A stretch of 63,474 bases of DNA, the filler included, from Neolecta irregularis DAH-3 (Eukaryota), in NCBI GenBank assembly GCA_001929475.1. It is 15 parts of 15 records of this genome, joined end to end, with 100 filler letters (N's around TTAATTAATTAA, not from the genome) between each part and the next. Parts side by side here need not be neighbours in the genome. Positions count along the whole stretch, not along the records: positions 35,861 to 39,459 come from LXFE01001017.1; positions 39,560 to 45,448 come from LXFE01001018.1; positions 45,549 to 46,743 come from LXFE01001019.1; positions 46,844 to 47,915 come from LXFE01001020.1; positions 48,016 to 49,680 come from LXFE01001021.1; 10 more parts are not named here. One strand, written 5' to 3'. Made by a program: the position numbers and the translations under genes. Positions 36,808-49,780 of this stretch are shown here, piece after piece. Numbering within the stretch: position 1 is the stretch's first letter; each line of letters starts with the position of its first letter. The notes under the pieces were generated by a model that was not told the origin of the DNA, ran no database searches, and worked only from the letters and a program-made list of their open reading frames with translations.

Positions 36808-38163
36808 ATGGCCAATGCAACATCCTGTACTGGCTTCTTATTAACGTCACCCTTCTCTCCCTTTGTTAGACTCCCAATCAAACTAAAGCCGTTCACTGAA
36901 AATGATATTGATAGTAATGCTAATCTTTTATCTTCCCAGGCTGATAAAATAACAAGTTGAAATAACTCATTGCGGAGTCTGCAACACAGATTGCACGACT
37001 CTTCTCTCTGCAAAGACATATCGTATGACTCATTTCATAATAAATCTGACTAGAAAGCGCTCTGCGTAGGTCATGAAATTATCGGACGTGCTATAAAAGT
37101 TGGCTCAAAAGTGAAAGGGGTCAAATACTGGGATCGAGTAGGTGTTGGTCCAATCGTCTCGAGTTGTGGATTATGCAGCGTATGTTTGTCCGGGTATGTT
37201 TCGGAAATGGAAGAGCTGATGTGGAGGGAGGAGAATTATTGTGAAAAAGTCATTGCAACATATGACGATGTCTATCCCGATGGAACAGAAACGACGGGCG
37301 GATTTGCAAGTCATGTTCGTGTTCATCAGAACTTTGTATTCCTCCTTCCATCAAATTTGGATCCAACAAACGTTGCGCCCATGTTGTATGTTCCATTGCT
37401 CCGAGAAATACTAACGTTACTAGATGTGGTGGACTAAGCGTCTTCTCGCCAATGAGACGACATAAGGTGAGCAAAGGAACAAAGATCGGTATTATTGGGC
37501 TTGCTGGTATCATTTTCTATCTTATATTGTTGCCTAACGATAAGGACTTGGCCATTTGGCCATACTATTTGCTCGGGCATTGGGTGCTGAAGGTGCTTAT
37601 TTTCTCTCACCAGCTAATTCAAGTTTATTCTTTATCACGGCATGCAGAAAAAGACAAAGATGCACGAAAGGTAAAACCTTTTCAATAGTATAAGCTATAC
37701 TCTATTTGCTGATTAATAGTTCGGTGCTTCAGTATTTATTTGCACTCACAACATTGACTGGTCCGACCGTTGGGTTCGAAGACTGGATATAATCCTAAAT
37801 ACCTCAAACATTGGCAGTCTATTTCCTGAGCCATATCTCCGTCTCCTCAAGCCTCATGGCACATACATAACCTTGGGGTTTCCCGAAAACGGGTTACCTA
37901 CGATCGCTAGCGTTGATCTCATTCATTCTGGAATTTCAATCGAAGGGAGTAGAAGCGGGAGTAGAAGGGATATGGTTAGTATGCTTAAACTCGCTGCAAA
38001 AGCAAAGCTGAAATCCTGGGTTGATGAGGTTGAAATTAGCGAAGAAGGATGTCGTACCGCGATAGAACGGGTGAGAAATGGTGAAGCGAGATATCGAGTC
38101 GTTCTTGTGGGCCATGTTAAGGCCTTTAATAAACCACCTGGGGAGGACCGGCATCTATTGTAA
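36808..38163 (+). CDS. NADP-dependent zinc alcohol dehydrogenase (cinnamyl-ADH/Adh6-like)
   Basis: HCGVCNTD, GHEIIG, CGLCSVC..EENYC, APML|CGG, GIIGLAG|LGH and ARYRVVL. About 7 short introns. Confidence 0.88.
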
Positions 38164-38249
38164 TATCAATAAGCCAAAAAAGTCATTTTGTCGTCTACAT
38201 CAAAAACTAAAAATTACAATATGGCATGAATATTTCTCAAGGATTGTAA

Positions 38250-38405
38250 TCCGCCGGCGGGTGGGCGGGTGGTCTTTTTTGTCAATTTATATAGGTGCAA
38301 TACAATATTCCCTAAATAACCAAAATTGCTAATATAAAATGATTTCTATCTGGCCATTTCTTTTGTTGGTGAAGTACCTGCAAATACTCACAAAGTTCAC
38401 GTCGC
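38250..38405 (+). mobile_element. Internal fragment of hAT-like family 2
   Basis: High similarity to about 10030-10180 (ATAGGTGCAATACAATATTC..ATGATTTCTATCTGGCCATTTC). Confidence 0.65.
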
Positions 38406-38581
38406 TTGGTATCCGTCATGGAGCCAATGAACAGGAGCGAATATCGCCACAGTAAGTATTATATTAAGGCAGTTGTTTCCGATAAACGGGTTCAATACAA
38501 GTAATTGTTTGAAATTATACGGACATCTAGCCTACCTAAGCCTACCCGAGTGACAAAAAAGATCAACCTATCCAACTCACA

Positions 38582-39394
38582 ATGGGACACGCTTTTTTGT
38601 TCTTTTATGCCGTCATTTCAATAGGTGGAGCCCACCTTCTACAAGACCTCTTTGTTCATGAAGAATCTCTTACTCTTCTTTCCCCAGTAACCCTGCGGCT
38701 CTTGACTCCGCATTTTCCGATATTGTGGAAGGATCGGCTCATGATCGCTGTGCTCAATTGTGAGTGAAAACTGGTACGATCTCCATTCGAGACACTTGAT
38801 TGATATCATCCAGAATCTTGCAAAGCTTTCCAAATATCACAAAACAGGAATCAGCCAACTGCATGGTTCCAAAATTTTATTGTGAGTTATTAGCAGAGCC
38901 CTGAGGGTTCTCTGTTGGCAAAAGAACTGCAATATGTTGCGCAATATAAGCTTCCCAAGGATATCCTGGCAGATTCTATCGTTGGTCAATCGATACTTAA
39001 AAACATTTTCAAAATTATTTCCCCTGAATAGCTTGTGGTGGTATCCAAAGACGAAAAGGAAGCTATAAACTCTGGATTGTTCGAAATTCAAGACTCGTAT
39101 GATCATGATTCTTGTGCTCAAGCTTGTCTTGATAGACGTAAGAACCACACAACCCGCAAGATTTACTAACGCGTAGATGGTTGTAATGCTTTTCAGTTGT
39201 CAAGGGATTTTCTTCTGTCACTGGTGTACAATGTTCAGGAATTAGATTTATGGCTCGCTCTTTCGCACTGCTTGCTACTTTCCTCAACAATTTCACAAAC
39301 ATAACTATTGGCGCTTTTCGTACTTTGGACAATTTTCGTATGCGTACCTATAATACTTGAAAACTCACATTAAAGGTTTAAATCTGACGCACAC
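38582..39394 (+). pseudogene. Paralogue of the 868-4071 secreted double-PAN gene; frameshifted and cut by an LTR
   Basis: MGHAFLFFYAVISIGGAH, the same three intron positions and HDSCAQACL are present. Frameshift near 38680 and TGA near 38761. Homology stops at TGTAAGGGTATAC (39395). Confidence 0.85.
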
Positions 39395-39459
39395 TGTAAG
39401 GGTATACCCGGATATTACCCGGGATATACCCATACCAACGCAGTAGGTGGCGGATAAAG
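39395..39459. mobile_element. Start of an LTR of family B
   Basis: TGTAAGGGTATAC is the reverse complement of the end of the solo LTR at 41621-41887. Confidence 0.55.
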
Positions 39460-39559
39460 NNNNNNNNNNNNNNNNNNNNNNNNNNNNNNNNNNNNNNNNN
39501 NNNTTAATTAATTAANNNNNNNNNNNNNNNNNNNNNNNNNNNNNNNNNNNNNNNNNNNN

Positions 39560-39760
39560 GCTTGGACTTGCTTGCTATTTTACTTGCAATTCTGGACTTG
39601 CTTGTCTGGACTTGCTAGATAAATTCTTTACAGTGTGTCCACCCGCCCGCCCGACCCCGCCGGAGGCGGGCGGGCATGTCAACCCGTTTTTTTGGACAAT
39701 TAGGATAGGTGCAATTACTTGCTTACTTGCTTATAAACAAGTAAGCAAGCAAGTCTGATA
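39560..39760. repeat. GACTTG/CAAGT subterminal-type repeats with a nested hAT family 2 left end (39631-39715)
   Basis: The same CAAGT/ACTTG array lies next to the hAT relic at about 11150-11270. Confidence 0.55.
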
Positions 39761-40444
39761 ATATCCCAAAGATTATCCTCTGATGAAGACATCATTCCTG
39801 CGTCGCCTCAAAGCAATCTTTTTGAACTCAATGCAATGAGGTGAAAGTTTTGTGAAGATAGGAAACAACAGGTTTGGCAGTCGACTGAATCAGTCTGTTC
39901 GGTGTTTGTCCTGTAGATCGTGTTTGTTGACTTAGGGGTCGCATAGATATCTCGGAAACGCAAGCGGGAATTACAGCAAAAGTCTTTAAAAGAGGCTCTA
40001 TCTCTATCTTGAAGGAAATTCCTTGTTTAATACTACCTCACTTCTGCCACTCTCTAGCCTCGTAATGGAAACCGGGATTTGCCTTTTATTTCGCGCCACT
40101 TTAAGAAACAGAATTTTCAAAAATCAAAGTAACAAACTTGCCTTACGTTTTAAATCTCAAATCACCTTTTTAGTCTTTTGAATGCTTCTGCTTCCATTCA
40201 TTTACCCATATAATTCTTTTGGGTAGTGACCAGATAACTCTAATGCTCCTTGTTATTTCTCAACGCAAAGAATGAGTATCGAGATAAATAAATGCCAAAC
40301 AAGCAAAGAAAAACCCCTTATAGGCACGAATTTCCCCTAAGTTCTTCAGAACTTTGACTGTCTTTCAACTTCAAGTTCCTTTTATTTTCACTCTTTTATC
40401 AGATTCCCCGTTCTACCAGTCATCGAATTATTCGGACTTTATAA

Positions 40445-41391
40445 ATGGCTGTGTCTCCATTTGATGACGTAGAACAACACTCGGGACCATGGGGAGAGTC
40501 TACTACAAGCCTTTATAAAGTCTTGGGTACCTTTATATGGGGCTGGACCTTAGGATTCGCATACTTCGTAACATGGTATACTGTTTCGCAGAAGGTTGTT
40601 AACCTAAAAGTCATATAACTCGACAACATATTCGAATCGGAAAGATGAACATGTATGTATTCATGTTGTGGGGTGAATTCGTCGCAATTATCTCCTTCTC
40701 CGTTGCCTCGTGGTTACGCCTCATTGGCGCAATCTCTCCATTATATGTAATCCGGTTAGGTTTCCTCATTTCCTGGATGATTCAACTGCATTTCCTCATG
40801 CAAATTATCATAAATCGAATCTGCATACTTCTTACACAGCGTAATCATAGATTATGCTTGAAGTATGGAATTGCGGTACTTGTTGGGTTCATCACTATGT
40901 CCGGACTTCCCTACTGGCTTCCTGAAAACCTGAAAGTAGCAGGAAACTTTATCTATGTCAGATCTAATCGGAATCGTATCGAAAAGATTTCTTATTCAAT
41001 CATCGATGCATTTCTCAATTTTTTCTTCATTTATCTCGTCAACTTTAAACTCAGGGCTTTTGGATTCAGGAAATACGAGTCTCTCCTCCGTTTCAATGTT
41101 CGCATTGTTTTCATTTCGTTAATTATGGATGTTATTCTTTGCGGAACGATGTGGCTTCGTGTTGACTTGCTCTACTTCCAGTTTATTCCGGTCTCTAACA
41201 TGGTCAAACTCAACATCGAGATGTCATTGAGTGACCTTATTGTCGCCCTATCCAAAGAATCGGTTCACATCCGAGACACTTTAAATGAGCAAGGCAACCT
41301 ATATAATTTTCACATACCATTAGAGCTAAGGTCGATTGAAGCGTTCCCCCCAAAAGATGCTCAAACCACTCACACCAAAAATCAATCATAA
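40445..41391 (+). CDS. Fungal multi-pass (about 7 TM) integral membrane protein
   Basis: A 35-nt intron joins MAVSPF..IWGWTLGFAYFV to the 248-aa ORF. Motifs LMQIIINRI, EKISYSIIDAFLN, ISLIMDV and VKLNIEMSL. Confidence 0.75.
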
Positions 41392-41620
41392 AAAGAATCG
41401 TCAAATTGGCCTTGGAATCCGAGAAGCCCAAAACAACATTCAAATCTCAAATACTGCAGAAAGGAGCAGACTTGTTGTATCCAGGAGTGTTCCTACTTTG
41501 AAGAAAGATAGGATTGCATTGCTGTAAGTCCCCTATGTTAATTTATCTTCTTTCTCTTGATATCAGTAAATAATTATTGATGTATCCAATGGTATTCCCT
41601 ATGCTTCTAGTCAGTCAGTT

Positions 41621-41887
41621 TGTAAGAGTGAGACCTCAGTACGAATAAGACTAGGATATATTTCTAGCTTAAGATACGAGAATCTTCAACGAGGACATAC
41701 CTAGCTTAAGATACGAGAATCTTAGCTAGGTAGTCCGTATCCGTTTCCCTTATATACTATACATAACTCCTTAAACCAATGCAATGTTCCTGCTCGATAA
41801 CCTTGTTCATCCGTTTAAGGTATACAATTATGTATACCCCTTTTCTATGTTATGCGTGTGAGGTATACCAAACCGTATACCCTTACA
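41621..41887. mobile_element. Solo LTR (family B), 267 bp
   Basis: TGTAAG...CTTACA inverted termini with a perfect 5-bp TSD CAGTT at 41616-41620 and 41888-41892. Confidence 0.88.
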
Positions 41888-42730
41888 CAGTTCGAGCGAC
41901 CTTTACTCATTATTCTGCTGCAATCTGTCGATTCTAGCATTCCTTCAGACCTTTGTCCAAATGATTAGACCAGCTCATCCAATTTGTGTCCTTCCCGAGA
42001 CTTTGATATGAGATATAGGATGGGCATGAGGCGAAGCCCTCAAATACAACATGACTAGGATATATTGTCTAGCTTGCTTTTGCAAGAACCTACCAAGGCA
42101 TAACCATTCTGCCTCATTATATACTCCAATTGGTCAGTGCCATAACTTCTCCAAGCTACTGACCTTATTGGTAAGATATACCAACCTATATCCTTTCCGT
42201 AGGGGCCAAATTGTACCCGGACTTGCTCGGTGTTTACCAATCACAGCACTCCAAACATTCACGAGATCTTCTCTGTGCATGGCGCGAGGATCTGTTGTCA
42301 CAAAGAAATGCAAGTTGCAACCTGTAGTTCTTCTCTCGATTCATTGACCAGAATAAATCTCCACTAGGCCGAACCAAACGAAAAACTGGGTAAGAGATCA
42401 TATACATAGTCAGAACATGGTGATAAAATAAGTTGAATGACGAAGCTTGGATATAGCTTGCCATGTACCCTCAATGGTCATCCTATCTTATACAGTCAAT
42501 TTTAAGGCAAATAGTGCATAAATCTATAATTTATTCATTTATTAACAAGGTACCGTGAGTCAATAAGATGTCTTTTACTTATTTTTACGTATCATAGCTA
42601 GTTTCCGTTCTCCAGGTAACCTTGGATGGCATATAGTATTACTTTCAGGTAAACGGAAGACCAATTCAAAGAATATATATATATATGATCTATCCATTTT
42701 CACAAGTCTGTGATCAACACACTTCAACAC

Positions 42731-43368
42731 TTAACCAATCTTGGCATTACTGAAATCCATTTCTAAAGATCAGTAACAGTACACTCACGAGTTAAACCAG
42801 GATGTTCTTTCATGAACTTTGCCAACATCTCCTGCTTTCCCATCTCGTCACTTGTTGGTTTTCCCATTTCTTTCTGACGTTGATCGAACATCATTTTTTC
42901 CACCATTGTCCTTGTCTCGCCTTCCAAATCGCTCAGCTTGCTGTTTTCAGGCTGTATCTTGGTAGTATCAATCTTTGGAGCCGATGTAACGACATGGGGC
43001 CACCATTCTTGGTCATTGATTTTTTCGAGGTGGATTGTAAGAAGGCATTGGTCTTCAATTGACCAAGTCGACTCTTCGACTTTTATGTCGGCGAACAGAT
43101 TTCCCTAAAATTAATCTAGTGGTACTCTAAAAAAGTCTACCGATAAGATAGGAGTTTGGCCTGAAGGGCCAACAGAGATACTACGTTTTTTGATTTCGAT
43201 ATTTAATTGCTTTCCCCGCGTTCCAGATGGCACTGAAGCTGTAATATCAACGTCTGCGAGTGTTTGATTCCACTTGTATGGCAGCGCTTCCTGCTCTTCC
43301 TTTTCTTTGGCTGCCTGAATTGCCGCTTCTTTCTTTGGATCACTGGCAGATTGTGGTTTGTCAGTCAT
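42731..43368 (-). CDS. nudC: Nuclear movement protein NudC
   Basis: [67 protein letters not shown] and MDFSNAKIG*. Two introns. Confidence 0.93.
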
Positions 43369-43965
43369 GCCTGTTGGTGGAAGTAGGAAGAAATTCCGAG
43401 TCACGATTCATTCTCACAATGGCCGCGCATTACACGCAAAGGTTCGATAATCTTTCAAATAGTGAGGCTCAAAAATATGAGAATAAGACATATTGTCGGT
43501 AAGTAAAATGACCTCATGAACTACTTATAGAGGATCACAATGTTAAAAGTATGCTGTTGAAGAAAAAAGCAAACATGAGCTGCGGTATGGCATACCGTTT
43601 GAGACAAGAGGCGAATCAGAGTACGTCACCATTTTGGAAGCATAGGATTCTCTTTAGGCAAAGCAGAATGGGGTTTCACGAACTAGAGCTATAGAAAAAG
43701 TCTTCAACTGGATGGAGAATTTTTATCTGATGGCCCGTGAGAACGATTCGATACGGACATTCGGGTAGGAAAGATCTTCCATGTGATAACGTGGAACCAT
43801 CGATCGTAGCAACAGAGAATAGTCAAGAACAATAAGAAACTAGAAAATGACTTCATGCATGGAGGGAACCGGAAAAATGGCTAATATTCTCTCTAGAATC
43901 AAATTAACAATCAAAGAGAAACTTTATCTACTGTCGACTATCAATTGAGTGAACTGGTCGTCCAG

Positions 43966-45100
43966 TCAAGTCCATAAACGAACGCTACCAGCACCAACAT
44001 GGTCTCCTGGGATTTCACATGAAAATGCAAGAAGATATTTCGAAGGATGCCACCTAACGCAATTCTGTGTCCCCGAAGTTTCGACCTTGGCAACTTGCTC
44101 ATGCGAAAATCCATCAATCTGTATGGTCAACTTCATAACAGACAACCTGATCACACAATTGAAATATATCGCTCTTCCGATCCGGCAGCCACAAATTTTG
44201 AGTCATAACTCCAAGAAAGACTCCTAACAGCCGATCTACCCAATTAAAACATATCCAAGAATGACGGTAATACTTTATATCACCCCCATTAGCTTTACAA
44301 CACCATTCCTTCACGTCCCAGAAACTCACAATCGAATCTGTTGAGCCGACAACTAGAGTCTCTCCTAAGGGATCCAGATCCGAACAATAGCAATTTCCTG
44401 GCTGACTTTGAATCGCGAAGACGGGTTGCAGATCTGGTACTGTAAAAAGTCTGATTTGTCCGTTATTTGTAGTCAGAATAACATGTGTTGATAATGGCGT
44501 AAATCGAGGCTCGTTAAGTTCATTTTCAAATTTGACAGATTGAACAACTTTGTGGGTGGAAGCATCAATCAGGGTTAGATGATCGTCTTTAGATGAAGTT
44601 ATAAGGTATTTTCCGCAAGGGGACCAGTCTATAAATACGTTCTGACCAGGCATTGCCACGGAATTTGTAGACGACTTTCCGGCTACGAAATATCAGCATC
44701 AATAGAGCAATATGAGACAATATTCCGGAGGCATTGTCCTGGGTTGACAGAGACAAATGAGCTTTTGACGCACCTCGAATATCCCACCAGAGTATTGATT
44801 TATCCAGACTCGCACTCGCCAACCTTTCCGAATGATTGGGATTCCATACACAACCTGTAACTGCGCTTGAATGACCTCTCCAATTTAACGTATCTTTGCG
44901 GTATGGACTTACAATAACTCTGTACTATATCTCGTTTCGCCTTTCTCTGGATTCCATATCCTCAACGAGCAATCATTACTTCCACTTGCTAGTCTGCTTC
45001 CGGTCGCGTTCCATGCAAGCGTTAAAACGCCTCGTTTATGGCCCGGAATAACCTTTGTTTTATAGGAGATAAAATTGAATGCGGATTTCGGCAGGTCCAT
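43966..45100 (-). CDS. tex1: WD40 protein, THO/TREX subunit Tex1/THOC3
   Basis: LAWNATGSRLASGSND, RGHSSAV..WNPNHSERLASASLDK, VGSTDSIVSFWDVKEWCC and VRWHPSKYLLAF. Confidence 0.8.
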
Positions 45101-45384
45101 GATAAATTGGGGAAGGCGCAAAAACTCACCGATCACCCAACAACGCAATTTTTAGATTGACATTTCACCCTCTCGATAGGATTTACGAGTACAGTTCTGA
45201 TTGTGACTGATTTGTCTTGAGAGATCTTTGTTTATTGAGTTTCTAATGCCATCAATGTGGTTTTTAGTCGATATATTTTTGCTAGATTGCAGCACCTCTT
45301 AGTTCTACCAGATTTCACAAGTCTCGTGAAATATTTATTACAATCTTAGAGGAAACTCTCTTAGGGCCATGTAGCGACTCCAAT

Positions 45385-45448
45385 GTGTTCTGTCCCACCT
45401 GTGGAATCGTCCCACCTGTGGAATCGCCCAACTTCACCACCAAATCTG
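45385..45448 (+). repeat. Dispersed repeat end (TGTGTTCTGTCCCACC..GTGGAATCGCCCA..CACCACCAAATC)
   Basis: Second copy at about 61718-61775. Both lie at contig ends. Confidence 0.6.
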
Positions 45449-46843
45449 NNNNNNNNNNNNNNNNNNNNNNNNNNNNNNNNNNNNNNNNNNNNTTAATTAA
45501 TTAANNNNNNNNNNNNNNNNNNNNNNNNNNNNNNNNNNNNNNNNNNNNACCTTGTTCTGAGAAGGGGTAGGAGAGAGAATACTGCTGTGATTATGGCACC
45601 ATTAGGAGGAGCTTGGAGAAATATATAACACTGGCTTGAGTCCGCCACCATACCTATCATCCTATTGTCATATATTAAAATCATAGTTATAATATAAAAA
45701 GAAGCGTGTGAGGGAAACATGGTGAAAACGAGTATAGATGAGTATGGGAGAATTTGGATGACCGGTTATCGAGGTATATTCTTACCAATACGGCAAGTGG
45801 CTGAATCTTTAAATAATAGGGTAGATTAAAGGAACATACCTAACTTGAGTTATGACCAGGGGTATGGTCCCAGGGAGTTATGTATAGATTAGACAATTAA
45901 ACCAAGGGTGCATTTGACACGCATCAAATTTCATGAAATTTGGCAATTTGGCAAATTCAAATTTTAAGCGCCAGTTTTGTACGCCACTTTTTTAGAATAT
46001 GTTTTGATCGAATCTTTCCAATTTCTTCCCAAAAATCTGGTACACCCCTATTTTCTTTTTTCTTGACACCTGAGAAGAGAAATCCAAGTCCCTCTCCCGC
46101 GACACCTGCAACAAAAGTTCCAAAAATTTAACACCAAAAATTAATGGACTATAAGGAGTTAAAAAAGGTTAATATTTCAAAACCTCCTTTAGGCATTTTC
46201 CTTGCTCTTACTATAAAGGTTGTTCTTGACTGACATTCCATTTTGCTCTAGTCATTGTAGCTAGATGGATTGTAACAGTTGCTGAAATATTGGTGATAAG
46301 GATTTGGGAATTTGTAAAATAAATTAGGATGGGAAAATCTATAACGGAGGAGCCAAAATATATGATAAATTTAGCCAAAGGTCACAGGCCTCGCGACAAT
46401 CTTTATTCTCATGTTTCATACGGAAAAACCTTTCAGAGGTATTTTTAACTTCCCTCATACATAGAGTATTTCGGACTGACAAGATGAAATTTGAAAAAAG
46501 GTAATTTTGTTCAAAGCTGCTCAACTTACGAAAGTACATTTCTGCTTCACAGCGTGATATTATCACATGTGCTGGTTGCAGTGTCGATGAAATGCAATGG
46601 CCTCGAACGCTTATGTTTAAAGTCTGGACTTGATGAAGCCTCAGTGGGAGCGCCTGCAGACATCGGGAGTGGTAATCCACATATTAATGAGCTTATTCAG
46701 ATGACATGTGAAAAGATAGGTCAAATCTTGCAGCTGGAATCTCNNNNNNNNNNNNNNNNNNNNNNNNNNNNNNNNNNNNNNNNNNNNTTAATTAATTAAN
46801 NNNNNNNNNNNNNNNNNNNNNNNNNNNNNNNNNNNNNNNNNNN

Positions 46844-47915
46844 GGGTTAGTCATTCATATACTTACACAAGTTAGATTGTAATAATTATCTAAAATTATA
46901 TTATTAAATGGGTTATCTCATGTTGTTTGGGGTTATATCATATTATTTGGGGTTATATCATGTTATTTGGAGTTATCTCTTGTTATCATGGTTTATCTAG
47001 GTTTACAATGAGTTTCCATGGGTTATCATGGGTTAATATGGTTTTTCATAGTTTATCATTGGTTAGTATGGTTAGTATGGGTTTTCATGGCTTATCATGG
47101 CTTATCTTGGGTTTTCATAGGTTATCTTGGATATTGATAAGTTAGCATATATTATCTTGGGTTATTATGTGTTAGCATAGGTTATCTTGGGTTTTTATAA
47201 GTTACAATAAGTTCTCATAGTTTATCATAGGTTCTAATGGGCTATAATTGGTTAAAACAGGTTATAATAGGATAAACACTATTATATGGGTTAATATATT
47301 ATATAACAATATCTCACTATGATAACTTAATATATTTACTTTATACAATACCATATACTTGCTATATCTTATTACATTCTATTATCTTGATATACTATTA
47401 TAAAATATTCAGAATATAACTATCTATCCTATGTAAAGTAAAACTATATTATTCTATACTTAATAGTTATACTATAGGTATATAAGTTCAAATATTTAGA
47501 TTACTTTATCCTATATAGTATATTATTATAAAACAATACCAAATATTTATAACTAATCTTCCTTTATTTAAATATCTTATTTATTACCAAACTTATATTT
47601 TTTTACTTTGTATCTATTGAAATATTACCCTTGTTCATTATTATTTGAATAGTAATATAGTATAAGTATATAACCTTACATATACCTACTATATTTTAAT
47701 TACTTTGTAATATATAGTATTACATACTACAATATACTATAATATTCATATAACATTGTCACAAATTGATATCATATCCTATAGCATATATTATTGCAGG
47801 ACCTTCCTTTATTTAAATATCTTGTTTCTATACTTAATAGTCATACCTTAAATAAGTATTAAAATTTAATCTCAAATAACTATAACTGTAAGAATATTAC
47901 TCCTATCCACTTACT
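46844..47915. repeat. AT-rich, CpG-free contig with a degenerate 10-bp satellite (GGGTTATCAT-like, about 46905-47290)
   Basis: 10-nt periodicity is visible in register. Very high TpA content; no CG dinucleotide found on reading. Confidence 0.85.
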
Positions 47916-48074
47916 NNNNNNNNNNNNNNNNNNNNNNNNNNNNNNNNNNNNNNNNNNNNTTAATTAATTAANNNNNNNNNNNNNNNNNNNNNNNNNNNNN
48001 NNNNNNNNNNNNNNNGTTCAGCAAGTTTGGTTAACTTCACATAACACTGATAAGCGTAACCGCAAAATACGTTT

Positions 48075-48690
48075 ACAGCAGCCCGCGTGTCCTGACCCAC
48101 TCCAGCACTCTCACCCTCTCCAACTCCCTGGCCCGCTCCAGTGCCCTTACCCGCTCCAGCGCCCTGTGTGCTATGTGGCTATTCACTTCACCTACACAGT
48201 GCCCAACAATCATCCACGCGCTCCTGTGTTGTGGTATGAGAGGGCCAGCCTGCCCTCTTCTCTCGCTTAGAGCCTAAGGGCCGAAACGGGCTTTTTCACG
48301 TGATATTAAATAATACTATACAGGCCTTCTCCTCCCTAAGTGCCGCATTCTGCGTCTTCCAGTCCGTCTGCGCCTGCACCCAGACCTGCCTTGCCGAGGC
48401 CTTTGCGATCATCTAGGGCCCGCAGTGCTGGTGCTACACCCTGTTTCCCGCCCTCCGTAGCCCATTTGAAGATTACTCCCAGCCATGTCCCAGCTATCCC
48501 TACCATTGTTTTCTCTGAAATAAACTTTATCGAGGGAATTGATATTGGAATTTCGATATATTCGGCGGGCGAGGTGGGAGACAAGCGGGAGAGCGAGGTG
48601 GGAGGGACGGGCGCCAAGCGGGAGATGTGCGGGAGACGGGAGAGGGGCGAGAGGCGGGCGTGACGGGGTGCGCTCTGCTCGCCGCTGGGG
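48075..48690. mobile_element. Repeat mosaic: CCGCTCCAG 18-mer tract and a hAT family 1 interior
   Basis: 48075-48170 matches about 63060-63420. GGGCCGAAACGGGCT..TTCACGTGATATTAAATAATACTAT (48278-48320) matches 17564-17606. Confidence 0.6.
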
Positions 48691-48697
48691 TTCTTTT

Positions 48698-48818
48698 TGT
48701 AAGCACTGCCAGGGCTTGCATGGCCGCACCTGCTGCACGCGGCGATGTCCTTACATCTACAAGCTTAGATTAAGGAAATATAACGTAATCTTATTGTACT
48801 CAAGCTGAAACACTCACA
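48698..48818 (+). mobile_element. Short LTR family A copy
   Basis: TGTAAGCA...TCTACAAGCTTAGATTAAGG...CACTCACA. Confidence 0.5.
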
Positions 48819-48895
48819 TCCTCACAATACTCTACATACATAAAAATTGGTATACAAAATTGCAAACAAACATCATCTGGCTCCCATTTGTATTC

Positions 48896-49110
48896 TCAAG
48901 TATCATCGCTGGTTTTAATGACTATATCGATACTCTCGGGGAAATCTGTTCCACTTTTTTGGAGACTATATTTAAATGACCTGGATTTCTGGTTCTTCCC
49001 ATATACATCAGAGATCACGATTGCCATAAGATCACGAAGGAATGCTACAGCATGTGTCGGTACAATAAAATCAGTAGTTACGGATTGATGAAGATGCATG
49101 ACCAAGTTTA
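48896..49110 (-). pseudogene. C-terminal relic of an MLTKLF-family gene
   Basis: FLRDLMAIVISDVYGKN..IDIVIKTSDDT* aligns with FIRDLMAIVVSNVYEKN..VDTIITTNNDT* at 6727-6870. Confidence 0.8.
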
Positions 49111-49436
49111 GCGTGGGCCAAACGCAGCCTTAGTCTTACTTTTCCCAACTCACTTCCGCTAAAGACTTCAAACTTATGACTTAGGAAGGCTAAGTTTTAA
49201 CTTCTTAGTCTTACTTTTCCGGATCAGGAAGTTTCTATGACAGCCTCAAAATGCATTTTCCAACGACAATACCCGCATTCAGAAGCATTTGTGTTGAATG
49301 TCTCAAGAAGGGTTTACAGAGAAAACAAGGCTTTTCTTTTCTTATTAAATAGCAGACCTGTCACCCACTAAGGAACCAGGCTTTTAAACAACCTAAATCC
49401 AGATCCTTCCTCAAGCGAGTCAGTTTAACCTATATT

Positions 49437-49680
49437 ATGTTGACAAAACTCTTCTTGCTGATTGTACTTCACGCGAACGTTATTTGCACTGCATCTTATC
49501 TCGATCATTTCGAAAGATCTGATGATTTTTGGAACGACAAAAATGTAGCTTTTATGGGTCAAGTAGCCCCAATGTGGCATTCGACAATGCCCAGCGAAGA
49601 TATAATAGGCGCATGTTGTAGGCGAGATAACGCTGATGCGATATAACGACTAACCGAGTTATGCGAAGTTACAGAAACTT
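49437..49680 (+). CDS. 5' part of a second MLTKLF-family secreted gene (partial or disrupted)
   Basis: MLTKLFLLIVLHANVICTASYLDHF with the same upstream region as 5521. The frame stops at 49646, close to the contig end. Confidence 0.7.
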
Positions 49681-49780
49681 NNNNNNNNNNNNNNNNNNNN
49701 NNNNNNNNNNNNNNNNNNNNNNNNTTAATTAATTAANNNNNNNNNNNNNNNNNNNNNNNNNNNNNNNNNNNNNNNNNNNN

